Of a stretch of DNA of 40,190 nt, positions 24,058 to 36,930 are shown piece after piece. The first letter of the stretch is position 1, and every line of letters starts with the position of its first letter. The translations under genes and the position numbers were made by a program. Source of the stretch: Intoshia linei (Eukaryota > Animalia > Orthonectida); NCBI GenBank assembly GCA_001642005.1, contig LWCA01000207.1, positions 1 to 40,190 on the forward strand. The letters are read 5' to 3'. The notes under the pieces were generated by a model, which had not been told where the DNA came from, ran no database searches, and worked only from the letters and a program-made list of their open reading frames with translations.

Positions 24058-25794
24058 ATGCCACCACGATACGATTCTGCTGGAAAGGAGATGTACTCCT
24101 TAAAAGTGGATAATCTTACATTCAGAACAACAGTTGATGATTTAAAAAGAGAATTTCGAAAATTTGGTGAAATTGGCGATGTATACATTCCTAGAGAACG
24201 TTACACCAATGAAAGCAGAGGATTCGGTTTTGTTCGATTTGTCGATAAACGTGATGCCAATGACGCAATTACTGAAATGAATGGTGCATACATGGACAAT
24301 AGAATTCTCCGAGTTCAATTGGCTAAATACGGAAGGCCTCCAGAGGAACACAGACGATTACACGATAATAAGTAATTTTATCAACATTGTTTGATATAGT
24401 ATTGTTTGATTTACTATTCTTTTGAATCTAATATTATTTAAAGATGGTGCCCTGATTCGGAAATTAACTGTAACTGGATAAATGTCGAATATCACTATCC
24501 AAGCTGAGCAATTTGTTTTAGTCAAGCTTTTGCAAATGACTGGACAGTTTTTGCGTTGCTGATATGTATGATAATGGACATTCTGTACCTATAATTTTTC
24601 AGTGGCTTATTTTTTTGCGGTGCTGTGTTCCTGTTTTTTAATTTGACGAGTAGCACTGATGTCTGCGTTGCATTTTGATGTAAATATTGCATTTATAGTT
24701 TATAACAATACATTTATATTTTTTTTAGCCGACATGGAAGCAATAATTATAATAACAATAATAACAATAATTATCACTATAATCGACCATCATTTCCACA
24801 AAAACGATATCGATCTAATTTACGATTTAGTTTGAGTAGAAGCAGAACAAAGTCACCACTTGGACCACGATTTAAGAAAGGAGGCAAAGTAGGGTACGCG
24901 GGGAGATCTTCCAAGTATTCAAATTCCCGTTCTCGATCTAGGCGGCGCTCTAGGAGTTCACCATCTTACCATAGGGGTGGACGTGGCAGTCGTTTTAAAC
25001 GCAGATCTCGTAAATCACCTTCTTATCGTGGAAGTAAATCCGGATCCAGATCTTCAAGGAACGATTCACGATCAAGGAGTTATTCCAAGAATAAGTCAAG
25101 AAGGTCGCGATCTAGGTCCGTTTCAAAAAAAAGATCAAGAAGATATCAATCTGATTCTAGAGAAAGAATTCGTTCAAAAGATAAATCGTACTCTCGACAC
25201 AAAAGAACGTCAAGATCAATTTCAAGGCATTCGGAATCGCGTAATCGTAAATCACACTCTCGACATAAAAAAATATCTAAATCAAGATCTATTTCAAATC
25301 ATTCAGAGTCGGTTAATCATAAATCACATTCTAGGCGTAAAAGAAAGTCGAAATCAAGATCTGTTTCAATTCATAAATCACATACTCGACGTAGAAGAAT
25401 GTCGAAATCTAGATCCGTTTCCCATAGTAAAAATAATCGCACAACTTTAGAAAATCGAGATAAATCTAGATCCGAGAGTAAAAGAAAATCTGTATCACAC
25501 GAAAAAACTAAAAAAGATCATTCTGTTTCAAGAGATTTAGTTGATTCTCATGTTGCATGTGGAAAGTCACATTCAAGATCCATTTCTCCTCGCAAAGAAA
25601 AACAATCTAGATCCGTTTCTCCTATTAAAAGAAAGCATTCTAGATCCAAATCAAATGAAATTCCTCTAAAAAAGAAAACTATAGATTATTCTAGTGATTC
25701 AAATTCGAAAGAATGTGGGAAGACACAGTCTGATTCTTTGTCTCCATTGCACGAATCTATTGACATGAACGGAATTAAAAATAAACAAGAGTAA
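24058..25794 (+). CDS. SRSF2: SR splicing factor SRSF2/SC35-like; exons 24058-24371 and 24729-25794 (possible extra exon 26122-26158)
   Basis: [15 protein letters not shown]...[22 protein letters not shown]...[11 protein letters not shown] is diagnostic of SC35. A phase-2 intron joins it to a long RS domain. Confidence 0.92.
24742..24783 (+). repeat. AAT/AAC trinucleotide run encoding an Asn-rich linker
   Basis: aataattataataacaataataacaataattat, in frame in exon 2. Confidence 0.8.
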
Positions 25795-26667
25795 TTTTTT
25801 TATTTTAATTATGAATCAAAAAAAGGATATTTAAATTTTTCAAATCTGATTTCAGATTAAGATATATATTATTGTAATTAATAGAAATATTAACAGAAAA
25901 TAATTTTAGTTTTCTGGTTGAAAAAAACATTTTTGGTAGTTTCTTAATGTTTTAGTTTGTTGGAAAATTGTTTTTGAACCTAATTCATTAAATGACTTTT
26001 CAAAGCTAAGTCTAGTAATATTTAATATAATAATTTGCATGAAAATTTTTACTATTTATGCATGGGTAAAGCGCCTTACTAATGTATATTTGTTGGTTTG
26101 TCATTTTATTTTACTTTTTAGAGATATTAACTCAAGAGATGTTGATACGGAAGTTTAAATAATTTAATTATAATAAACATTGTCAAAATATTTTTTATTC
26201 TGATAGATAATTTTTAGTTATTTGTTAGTTACCACTTTTATTTTTGCATGTTATTGAATATTTATGGTTTAGCTTGAATAATGATCCTTGTTTACGCTGG
26301 TATGGACTTTTATTTTGTTTTCTTTGAAATTAAGCTTATTGTTATAATATAATTTTTATTGGGTGCACTTTTTTGTTGTAATATTTTGAAATTTAACTGA
26401 TAAACTTCGTTTTGGGAAACTTTTGTTTTTCGCACTATTGACTATCAGCAAGTGAAAATACATTAACAATTTAGCTGCACTTGTATGCACGAATGTTTTT
26501 TTAAATATTGATGAAAATTATTAGTTGATAAAATACTTTTGACTGATTCTTAATATTTTAACGTAACCTACAATTTAAAAATTGAGATTAATTTTATATT
26601 TATGAGTTACGTATTTTATAGTTATGTACCAATTTACAATGTATTATTTATAAGTTTTATTTACATT

Positions 26668-29600
26668 TTAATTAATTTTACTATAACTTCTATCTATTGG
26701 TGAGAGTGTGAAAGTCGTATTGTGATGTTTATATTGTTGAGAATTTTTGAATATTGTATCAGTTTTATGAAATTTGTCTAAAATTCCCAATACTCCAAAA
26801 TTGTTTGTGAACCTATTAAATATTTTATAATAATCTTGAACGATCAGACTTGAAGACAATGAACAAGACGTTCTGACGACCTTGTTTACTGTTAGGGAAT
26901 TATAATTATTCCTTCATTTAGATTCTGGATTGTAGAAGTAAATACAGTATTCTCGTCAACTCTGTATTTCGACAAGTTAATTACGATTTTATGTAAATAA
27001 GTTTGAAATTTAAAATGCTTCTAAATCGATAAAGAAAATTTAAATGTTTAATAACTTATTAATAATAAGGCAGATGGATAATAAATTTATGTAAAAAAGG
27101 AAATCTGTATATTACGTTTACAAAAAATTGTCTTTATATATTATAATTATATTACTATATTTAGTAAACACATTTTATAATTTAAATGTAATTCTTACAA
27201 AAAATTTAATTAATATACAATATTAAAATTAATTAATTTCAGTTGTAAAATAGATTTTAATTAAATTTAAAGATTATATAACATCTATTTTTTCTAAATC
27301 ACAAGAATGGCGAGTCAGAGAGAATACAGTATTTCATTTCAAGTAAACTTTGTTCACTGATTTGTTCACTCGTCAGATCTATACTTAATATTTATCAGAT
27401 GTAAAAAAATACATATAATGGTGAAAATCATGAAATTCTGGTGATGGTATTAATGGAAAATGATATCCACAATGTGATATGATTGTGTCAATTATATCAA
27501 TTCCTATCCATAAAAATGCTACAAGTGTGTGAGATTTTAATATCATGGGCCCAGCTAAAATGGGAAATACGTTAGCCACAATTTGTTCAATAGGATGGGC
27601 ATATAAAGACGATAGTCCAATCACTGATGTCCATTCATGGTGTTTTTTATGTATATGTTTATATAGCATTTTGTGGTGGCCCAATCTAAATTTTTATAAA
27701 TTAAATAAATAATTATATTGATTAAAATATGAATCTCTCTGCCGGTACCGGAAAATCAGTAATAGTGGAGGTGCAAATTATTGACGAATTATTTGGCATT
27801 AATACATGTAATTTTTTTACAAGCAGTTTGTAGACCCTAATAAAAATAGTATACGGTTACCGACGCTTTGCACAATCCGAAATATCAATTTATTGAGCAG
27901 AATTTTTTTCTACCCTAATTTGATTTTTGGGCAGTCACAATTTCACTTAAAAATAATATTGTTCCGTGCTTTATGATACTCGTAAATTAATCTAAGAATA
28001 TTTCTATCTAGAACCTGAACTCCACCTCTCCACTGGACTTGACACTGTCAAGTTAACAGTTCAAATTTGACGTACAATACAATTATAATTCTAATGATAC
28101 TTAGAAATATAATTTTTTTAACATTATAAATACTCAATTTGAAAAAATAACTCTTCGAGGAGGGTTCTGTACGATATGTTCGACTCTGACAGAGTCCACC
28201 AAACGATATGACTCGGGATGAACCAGTTCAAAATAAAAAATCTGCGGGTCAAAAATTTCTGCTGCACCTCAAACGTTTTGATGTGTCTGTTGAAGTCGGA
28301 ATTAAATAATAACGAGTTTCTAATGCTCTGTATCAGTGTTTCTGAGCCGGTGTGCGAGTAAATTTTATGTGTGACCAGGAAAAAATTGAAAATGTATATA
28401 CCATTTTACTTAATGTCAGTTACATCACATTTTTTTATACCGAAACAATTTTTTATCTTAACACTCTCACATTCATGAACTGCATATGCAGTTTGGACTA
28501 TGAACTTCAAATTGACGCTAATTACTTGAACTTTACGTAAGTCTTAATCAAACTTTTTACAAACATGAATTTTTAGTTTTTCTGGGGTTAATAAAAAATG
28601 TCCCTAGTTATAATAAATTTTAATGAATAAATAACCTATGAATGTAGTAAAATATCAATTCTTGAATGTAATTGAATATAACCAATTCTAGTGCAATTCG
28701 AAATATATTTGGAACATCATCATGAATGCTTATTCCTCTCCATTTTTGAAAAACGAAAAATACACTCACACACAATGGATTTATTAAGTATAAATTTATA
28801 ATTATCACCTTAAACAAATGAGGTAATCTTGATTTATTCAACTAAATTAATTGACATTAATTCATGTATTCCTACCTTCATTTTTGGTTGAATTTTGTAT
28901 CTGTACAAACATTTTGGCCATTGAAACACATCAATTATTAACAAGGGTAAATTCAGAAACCAAAAGATAAATGTTGAAAAAATTAATGCTCCTAAATTAC
29001 ATAGAACAGGTATATTATAATATACTAGCTTGGCTGTTTTGTACTTCGTACAAACAGCACATAGCTCTGCCGAGGGCGGACTTTTCTCATTCTTCCAAAA
29101 AAATATAATCTTAAATAAAATGCCATTATTGACTATTACCAATCTTCTAAAGGAATGGTTCCCAAACGTGTAAATACAATTTTTTATTTTTAAATACTAG
29201 AACCATTAATTATATCAAATATGATAAAAAAAATTTTTTAAAACCACTTGAAAATATAGTAAAAAAAATTTTCTAAAAAACCGCTATAAAATTTGTTTGC
29301 TAATTTTTGTAAGATTATTTGGTTCACAACAGAGTAGTTGAATATTTGATAAATGTAAGCCGTTTCTATTACTTAATAGTTCTAGATAAAAATGTAGGTT
29401 AATTGTACTAAATTGATTGGTGGTTGTTAGTAAAATATTAATTTGGTATTCAAAATTTATTCCTATCTTAGACATACTTTGATTATAAAAGTGCTTTTTT
29501 GACCGTGAAGACGTCACTTAGAGATCAAAATTCTTTGTGGGTAATATGTGGAGATAACTGTATGAACTGTAATTTTTTTTAAAATTCTGGGACAATTTTC

Positions 29601-30960
29601 ATTTTTTAAAAAAAGGGTATTTTGGAGTTTTGACCCTAAAAATATATTTTTTCAAATTTAAATCTATATCAGAATGTATATTTTTTATTTTTAAAACTCG
29701 TAAGATTTGAGGTTCTGAGATTGAAATTTATCTTACTTTCACCCCTGGAAAAAACTATAATAGAAATATGGAATTGTTAAAATTTTAAGACTTAAAATAA
29801 ATTTTTTGTAATTATAAATTTTGGAATTTTCATATTTGACCAATATTACAAAGACGCCCTGTGAGCTTAAATATTTTATTTTTTCACTCCAAATTTGATA
29901 TATGTCTTAATGGGTCATACATTAATCGTATCAATGTTCAAAATAAAATCATTGGCGGATTAAGAAAAAGGGGGAAAAGCGCGCAAAAACCTTAAAAAGA
30001 AAAACCACTTGATGTTTTTACGTAAATTTTTCTAAAAATCTATTTTTGAGGAGTTTTTAAGAATCTTCTTCAGCGTGGTATTTCAACAAAAATCAATTTT
30101 TGTAATAAACGAACAGCGCATAATTTAAAATTGTATGATGTGGCTTGATAATTATCGGGTAATTTTCTATTATTGTAAGATAGTACTACGGATATCAAAT
30201 AACTACATTAATTAATCAAAATTTGGATCATGATTCATGAATATAAAATTTAAACAATTCGAAAAAATAGTTTTTGGCTTCTTTCTAACAGCAATCAATC
30301 AATTCCAAATATGGGGCGTGATTTTTGAAAAGAGTTGACAAACATTGATATAAATAATTCGTTCATAAATTATACTCATTGTAGTATTCTAATAAGCCTA
30401 CACAATGTATCAATACTTCAAAAATTTATTTCATAGCTCTCAAATTTGTTTTAAAGTGATGTGGAACCTTGTTAAAAAAGTCAAAATTCGATTTCTCGTT
30501 GTTAACAATTCAAATCTTATTCTTTTATACATATTGTATCGAAAAAAAGACAAAATAAATGTGGCTGATATAAAATTTAGAAATTATATTTTCAAATGCA
30601 GTCAAGTATATTTGCATGGCTGTTTTTCATTTTCGCAAGAATAGTTTTTTAGTTACATTTTCTATAAATTATTTTACATTTTGTAGTCAAAACGTGGAAG
30701 GGTAATGCCAAAATGAATAATAAATATTGGTGCATTAAATAAATTACTATTTACCTACAACAGTAAATAATCCTTCATTGCTACCAAATGTATTAACTGC
30801 TTTTACCCAATACCCATGAAAGATGTTTGATTTTGTCCTGTTCAAATCAATTAAATTATATTTATAATTAAACAAACCAACTTGTCGGTGGATACCGACT
30901 GTAATACATACAAACTACCAATCCAAGCGAATATATGACCGTTTTAAGATTCACATTCAT
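26668..30960 (-). CDS. FAXDC2: Fatty acid hydroxylase/sterol desaturase family protein (FAXDC2-like), about 6 exons
   Basis: His boxes FYYIHR..HH, HIHKKHHEW, YAHPIE, HCGYHFP, FHDFHH; YRYKIQ; C-terminal FGVLGILDKFHKTD. Exons near 30960-30896, 30838-30754, 28992-28876, 28841-28637, 27685-27414 and 26812-26668. Confidence 0.88.
29025..29800 (-). mobile_element. Helitron-like family copy with an intact 3' terminus, in a FAXDC2 intron
   Basis: Minus strand ends in a tttgtac-gaa-gtacaaa hairpin, a short spacer, then CTAG|T. 29488-29790 matches the family body. Confidence 0.68.
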
Positions 30961-31396
30961 AATGTAGTAATTAAAATTTACAAATATACAACTTTTTATA
31001 GTGGTTTTATATCTAGTTTGACACAATTATCAATTTTATGGCAACATTAAAAATAAATTGTATTGATTAATTATAATGATGTGCTAATAAATTTATTGAA
31101 TTGTAGGATTCCTAGTTTTTAGTTTTATATTACACAAGTTGTTAAAGCAAAGTGATTTAATTATTTTCAAAATATTCTTCGTTCATATATATTTCATGTT
31201 TTTTTTCATGTCTATTTAAGAGACGAAATTGGAATAATTAAATTAAGTTTAAGAAAAAAATTAATTTAACTTAACCAAAAATTTCCCAAATTTCTTACCA
31301 CATTTAGGAACCGTTGACCTAAATCTGTCAAATTTTAAATGAATACCAACGTAAATTTTACAGTAAACTGACACATTTAATCTATAAATGAGATTA

Positions 31397-32694
31397 TTAA
31401 AAACAAATTATCTTCTTTGAATCTATACCAAGTCTTGCTAAGGCATTGAAATGCAACTTGACCATAGGCCTTGGTCCACATAATAGAAAAACGGCATTTT
31501 CCTTGTCTTTTACTTTTGTTAAAAGTTGGGCTTGTATGAGTTCTGGACTTATATTTCCCACACCATGTGCCCATTGTTCAGGTTTAAACGGTTTGGTTAC
31601 AGTGTAATAAATATCCAACAAATCTGGATGTGATAATCTATACTTTTCCAATTCATTGAACAAAATTGTATCTTTATCAGACTAAATATAATTTTAATTT
31701 ATAAAAATTTGCTTCATATTGTTGAAAATTGTAAAAATATTTATTGCAATACCCATATATTGCAATACACACGATATTTGTTTTGAAAATTAACATTAAC
31801 TAGTTTCTACCACATTAGAATATAATGTAAGAGATAAGATCAAATATTATTTCAAGATATTTATCATTGTAATACAGAATAACTTTACTCTACAAGTTAT
31901 AGATAAGATAATGATTACTGAAAATAAAAATTTATCAAAAAATAATATAAATTACATTATTTCCAAACATGAGTCGCATTTTTATATTGTTATTTTTAAT
32001 ATTATGTTGAATTAATTGATACATGGGAGTTATACCAGTGCCACCTGCAATCATGCAAATTTCAGAGGCGTCTACTTCATAGAAACTTTTGTATTGATAT
32101 GAAGAAAAGATGGTGAATCTACCTAAATGCTGATATAATAAAAACTAATTTCAAACATTTAGTATCATCGAGTGCAAAGTATCTAATCAACCCCATTGGT
32201 CCTCTCATATCTACAGAATCTCCAATATGTAAAGATTCCAAATATTGAGTCATTAAACCACCTGGACCTTCTTCGTTGTCTCTGTATATCTACATTTAAA
32301 TATACTAAATCATAATAAAATATTTCACCTTAATAACAAATTCACACTGACCTTTTAAATTTTGATCGCTCACTGGAGTATAAGGTTTTTTAAATTTTTC
32401 GTCATCACTTTTACCATGCAATATAACAAACGATCCTATATATTAATAGTTAAAAGCATATAAACAAGATACCTATTATAAAACCTAATGTTTCATTAGC
32501 TGAGGGTAATTTAAAATTAAATTTATATGTATTATAATTGAGAATCTAAGTTTTCGATTTACGTTGATTTGAATTTTAAAAACCTCTTTTGATTTTAATA
32601 TAATCGAATGCATTGTTTTGTGGTCTTTGAGAAGTACGTTATCTGACGTCGTGCTCAATGCCTTTGTAAAATGTGGTATTATTTTTTTAAACAT
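31397..32694 (-). CDS. NADH-cytochrome b5 reductase (FNR family), multi-exon
   Basis: KPYTPVS, EFVIK|IY, GGLMTQYLESL, MRGPMG, MIAGGTGITPMYQ, LLCGPRPM and terminal F, joined across short GT-AG introns. Confidence 0.92.
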
Positions 32695-33103
32695 TTTCCT
32701 TTTATTTGGAGTAAGTATAAAAAAACAAGTTTATTTTGACAACTTCAATCGATTACCATTGAGTTTAATAGTTTTTGGTTTGTAGACAATCTTCACCAAA
32801 TGTGGAATTGCTCATTGTAAATTTCATCATGCGTTATTTGAAATCAATATTTACAAAATCAATAATTGTTCAATTTGCAAAATTTAGTAAATTTGTATTT
32901 TTATTATGTAAATGTGTAAATTTGGAATTTTTCACGCTACGACGTTCAAATAGATTTCTATATCGAATGCTCATGGCTGATAAAACGTGTATGACTGAAT
33001 GAAAATTTTAGTCTAAACATTTAATCACCAGGTTGAATTAATTTGAAAACAATAATATATACGTTAGAATAAATTACACCGTCAAAGTTTTCTATAATAT
33101 ATA

Positions 33104-33600
33104 GCAGTGATTCTCAACCTGTAGCCCGCGTGTTATTTGTGGCCCGCCGAATATTTTAAATAATTTTGTCCCTGTTCAAAAAATTCAATTTAAATTTATA
33201 TGTACTAAAGTAGTGTGCCAATTTCTTAACAAATACATATTTTAATACTCAAAAATAACTGATGTTAGTTAATTGATGTGTAATTATGAATAATTTCAGC
33301 AAAACATTGCAAGGAAAAGATACACAATCATTGATCTTTAGGAGACTATTATAATATTTAGAGAACTAAATATTAAAGTGTATAATTTCTAAAGTACTGC
33401 TGGCTGATATTTCTTTTTTCTCATCACTTCTTCATCAATGTAAATTTAAAGGCTTCAATATATTAGAATAATTGTTGAATTTATTCGTAGTCCTTTTAAT
33501 ACAAGTCTCGAAATATTCCAAGAATTTCAAAGAATGGGACTGGAAAACTGGAATTTATTGCCTTTAAAAGGAGTTTTTCAGTAAAAGATGTTTTTGCTAA
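33104..33600 (+). mobile_element. Degenerate Buster/SPIN-like hAT fragment
   Basis: Left end cagtgattctcaacctgtagcccgcg...ggcccg; decayed KTLQGKDTQS-like coding trace. Confidence 0.5.
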
Positions 33601-33617
33601 TAATTTATAAATACTTA

Positions 33618-34000
33618 TCCTTACTTATATAAAATTCTTTGTTTGTCGGTGTGCGTTATCGTTTATTTCAAAACTACCAGTCTTAGAATTTTATAAAGTC
33701 CACATTTTTATTACAGTTTTTTCCGGGTGAAAGTAAGATAAATTTTAACCGCCGAAATTTATCTTCCTGTCAAAAATTCCAATAATCCTTTTTTTTGAAA
33801 ATCAAACGAGTTTGAGAATTTAAAAAAATATATTTTCAGGGCCAAAACTCCAAGTATTTTTTTTTTAAATGAAAATAGCCCTAGAATTTAAAACATTTTA
33901 CAGGTGGTACCGTTGTATCCTGTTAACACACACAAAAAATTTCAATCTGAATAAGTGACGCCTTCACAGTCAAAAAAGCACTTTCGTATTCATATATTTT
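33618..34000 (+). mobile_element. Helitron-like family copy with a candidate 5' terminus
   Basis: A|TCCTTACTTATATAAAATTC...tgtttgtc start; body is collinear with 11499-11890 and 29488-29790. Confidence 0.6.
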
Positions 34001-34240
34001 TTTTCCCAAATATTTTATTAAAACAAAATATGTGAACTAATTAATGGTCCGAAAATTAAAAAAAAGATTAGGCTGATAGAGCTTATTCCAGTTTATATAA
34101 TTACAAAATTTCAACACCAGAATCTACGCATTTTAAGTGAAAAATATTTTTCAATCTGATAATTTTCGATTAAAATAAAAATTGAAAATGTAAATATTGA
34201 TCCTATAATTTCAAAAAAAATGTGCATTGAATGTCTACAC

Positions 34241-35102
34241 CAGTGATTCTTAACCTGAGCGATAGTGCCCCCCTTGGAGCGTTTTTATGATCGAATGGGG
34301 CAAAAATATTTTTATCGCATCAGTTGGAATTTCAATATAACATCAGATTATAACCGTTCAATGAGCCTAGCTGATACAGTGGTTATAGTCACATGATTAT
34401 TTTGTAGAAAGGGTTTGTGTTCATCTTTGGAATCTTTTTATTTAGGTGAACTCGTTAGAATTAAACATTACATGCAATTTTAATTAACAACCTAATTAAT
34501 ATTTATAATACACGAAACAGAAATACCAGAGTATGCAATAAATCCATTCAATGTTGATTTTAATTCAATTTTATCGAATTTAGTAGAAGAATCGATTGAC
34601 TTACAAAATGACATTGAGGCACAATTCATTTTAAACAAAAGGGTTACTCTACCTTATTTTTTCAAAAAAGAATGCATATCCAAATCTTTGGAACGAAGTG
34701 ACATTATTACTATTGGCATATATATACAGTGTGATTGGTAAGTAACGACCGATTTTAAATTCCACATAATGCGGCAAAACATCAGATTTCAGATTCTAAG
34801 AAAGTTATACAAAGACGAATACAAGTGTATTTAAATTTAATAGGAAAAACTTTAGGTGTTCAAACCCCAATTTTTTTAAAATCAAAATCGGGCGTTACTT
34901 ACCAATCACCCTGTACATCTACTAACTTTGTTGAGAAAGGTTTTGGCGTAGTAATGATCTTCAATCAAAAAAGAGGAACAAACTACATTTATCTTATTAT
35001 TATTCTTATCTTATTAGGGTGACTTAAAATTATGCTTAACAAATATCGCTCCTGATATTGAAAAATTATCAAATAGTCATCAATATCAGGGTAGCCATTA
35101 AT
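34241..35102 (+). mobile_element. Degenerate Buster-type hAT relic
   Basis: Left end cagtgattcttaacctg; C-terminal traces FVEKGFG and IAPDIEKLSNSHQYQGSH*. Confidence 0.7.
34727..34913. mobile_element. Tc1/mariner-type MITE nested in the hAT relic
   Basis: ~30-bp TIR cag(t/g)gtgattggtaagtaacg(a/c)ccgatttt, with TA on both flanks. Confidence 0.88.
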
Positions 35103-35494
35103 AATAAATTTTATCTTTTCTTTTTAAAGCTTAAACATTTATAATATATTTTCTTTTTTTTACATACTCAGTTTTTATCTTATTTTTTGTATATATTACT
35201 TTCATGATCCATCAAATTAAAAAAATAATCTCAAATTTCATTTGCATATTTCTTAAGATATCAAAAAAAATAATTATTAATTGCTTTTTTTATTGTATTC
35301 CGTATCAACTCTTATGTTAAAAAAAATTGCTGCATAACATGCACTGCACATCTATAAACTTTGTAAATTAAAAAAATATCGATTGTCTTTATGGGGTGAT
35401 AATTTTATTTTTGTTGAAAAATGGGTGATTCTCCAAAAAAGGTTAAGAACCATTAGTCTACACATTTCCAATAAAGAAATATGAGTGAAAATTA

Positions 35495-36287
35495 TCGACG
35501 TTCTCAATTGATAGTTATATTTGCATTTGATAAGGTCATTTTTTAAAAATTGATTGTAATGATCGTAAATCAAAGCCAATGGATATGAACTAAGCCTTAG
35601 CTACATCTGAGGCTAAAGTACTATCAATAATCGCTGATAAACTCATAAAAATTTAAAATTTTTTTGCAATATTTCATAAATTTTATTGTATTTCATTGAT
35701 CGTTCAACATATGATGTCGGTCTGAAGATTATATTCAAGATAATTTTGAGCGACGGGTATTAATAATATTAATAAATTACTGTATTAAATACAATGTATA
35801 TGTAAATAAAGAGTAGTAAATATATTTTAATTTAATGCAATGCAAGTCTTTGTGGCACCTGTCTATGGTTGAAATGCTGATGTCGATTGAAAATTCAGCG
35901 AATACTTTTCTTTTTAGTTGTTTGAGTGTCAAGATGCAATCTTCATCGACCCAGCCACGAATTAGACATTTTTGTGTATCGGTTAGTTCCGAAATTCTAT
36001 TTGCACCACATGGGCTACTTTCGTAATTCCCCGTTTGTAAAAATTTATGAATTACATTAGATACCGTCGTTTTCGGTATATTTAATAATCTTGAAATCGC
36101 TGTCACGGACAAACTCTCCAATGATTTGTAGTAGTCAGGTGTAGCTAAGGCTTACTTCATATTCATTGCCTATGATTTACGATCGTTACAATCAATTTTT
36201 AAAAAATAACCTTATCAAATGCAAATGTGACCATATCAACTAAAAACATGACTAATAGTTATTGACTATATCAATTGAGAACATCTA
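35495..36287 (-). mobile_element. IS630/Tc1-superfamily deletion derivative with long inverted repeats and an HTH ORF (35777-36121)
   Basis: Inverted repeats 35495-35610 and 36135-36287, TA flanks. ORF SVTAISRLLNIPKTTVSNVIHKF...WVDEDCILTLKQLK...ISISTIDR. Confidence 0.75.
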
Positions 36288-36864
36288 TAATTCTTCGGAT
36301 TTTTTTTATTGCTACGCAATTTTTCATTCTCAAATACTCATTTTCAAAAAATTTAACGAAATTTATTTTAAAAATGTTATAATATCATTTTTGTAAATTT
36401 TACAATGTTGGTAAAATTCATCTGATTTATATTTTTAAATTGCTGCTTCCGTTAATTCTTGATACAAAATTAGTATTTTTTAATTTTTAAAAGAAGAAAC
36501 TTAATTACCTTGACTTTTTTCGAATTAAATTTATTAAATGTTTTGGGTGCCGAATATTTTCATTTATGTGAATTGATTAGATGTTTGGAGTATATAGAAA
36601 ATTTTTGGGTAGCGAAAATTTTTTATGTTTATAAAGGGGTCATGAACACAAAAAGGTTGAAAACCACTGTCTACACCTTTTTCGATCCAAATTTGTACTC
36701 GTTTTATTATATCGTCAAAATTTTAGCTGAAGGGTTAATAAGAAGTGTACTTTAAAACAGTGGTATAAAAACTATTTTCAATCGAAAAAAACTATGGTCA
36801 AAAATTTTATAAAACAATACAAGCATCGATTTATAAAGTAGCGTACGACTAAGATTTTTTTATA

Positions 36865-36930
36865 ATAGGGGGTCCACGAATAATATAAAATAGCTAAAGG
36901 GTCCATGCACTAAAAAAGGTTGAGAACCAC
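36865..36930. mobile_element. hAT MITE right end
   Basis: ggggtccacg...gggtccatg...aaaaaggttgagaaccacta. Confidence 0.5.

Noticed and set aside
24977-25450. 157-aa overlapping ORF in SRSF2
   Set aside because: Alternative-frame by-product of the repetitive RS codons; non-ATG start and no recognisable motif.
27730-28330. Relatively G/C-rich patch in a FAXDC2 intron as an ncRNA or nested gene
   Set aside because: No tRNA/snRNA motif or recognisable translation found; probably a decayed repeat.
28993-29142. N-terminal part of ORF 28834-29142 as FAXDC2 coding sequence
   Set aside because: It is intronic and largely the Helitron-like end; homology starts at the acceptor near 28992.
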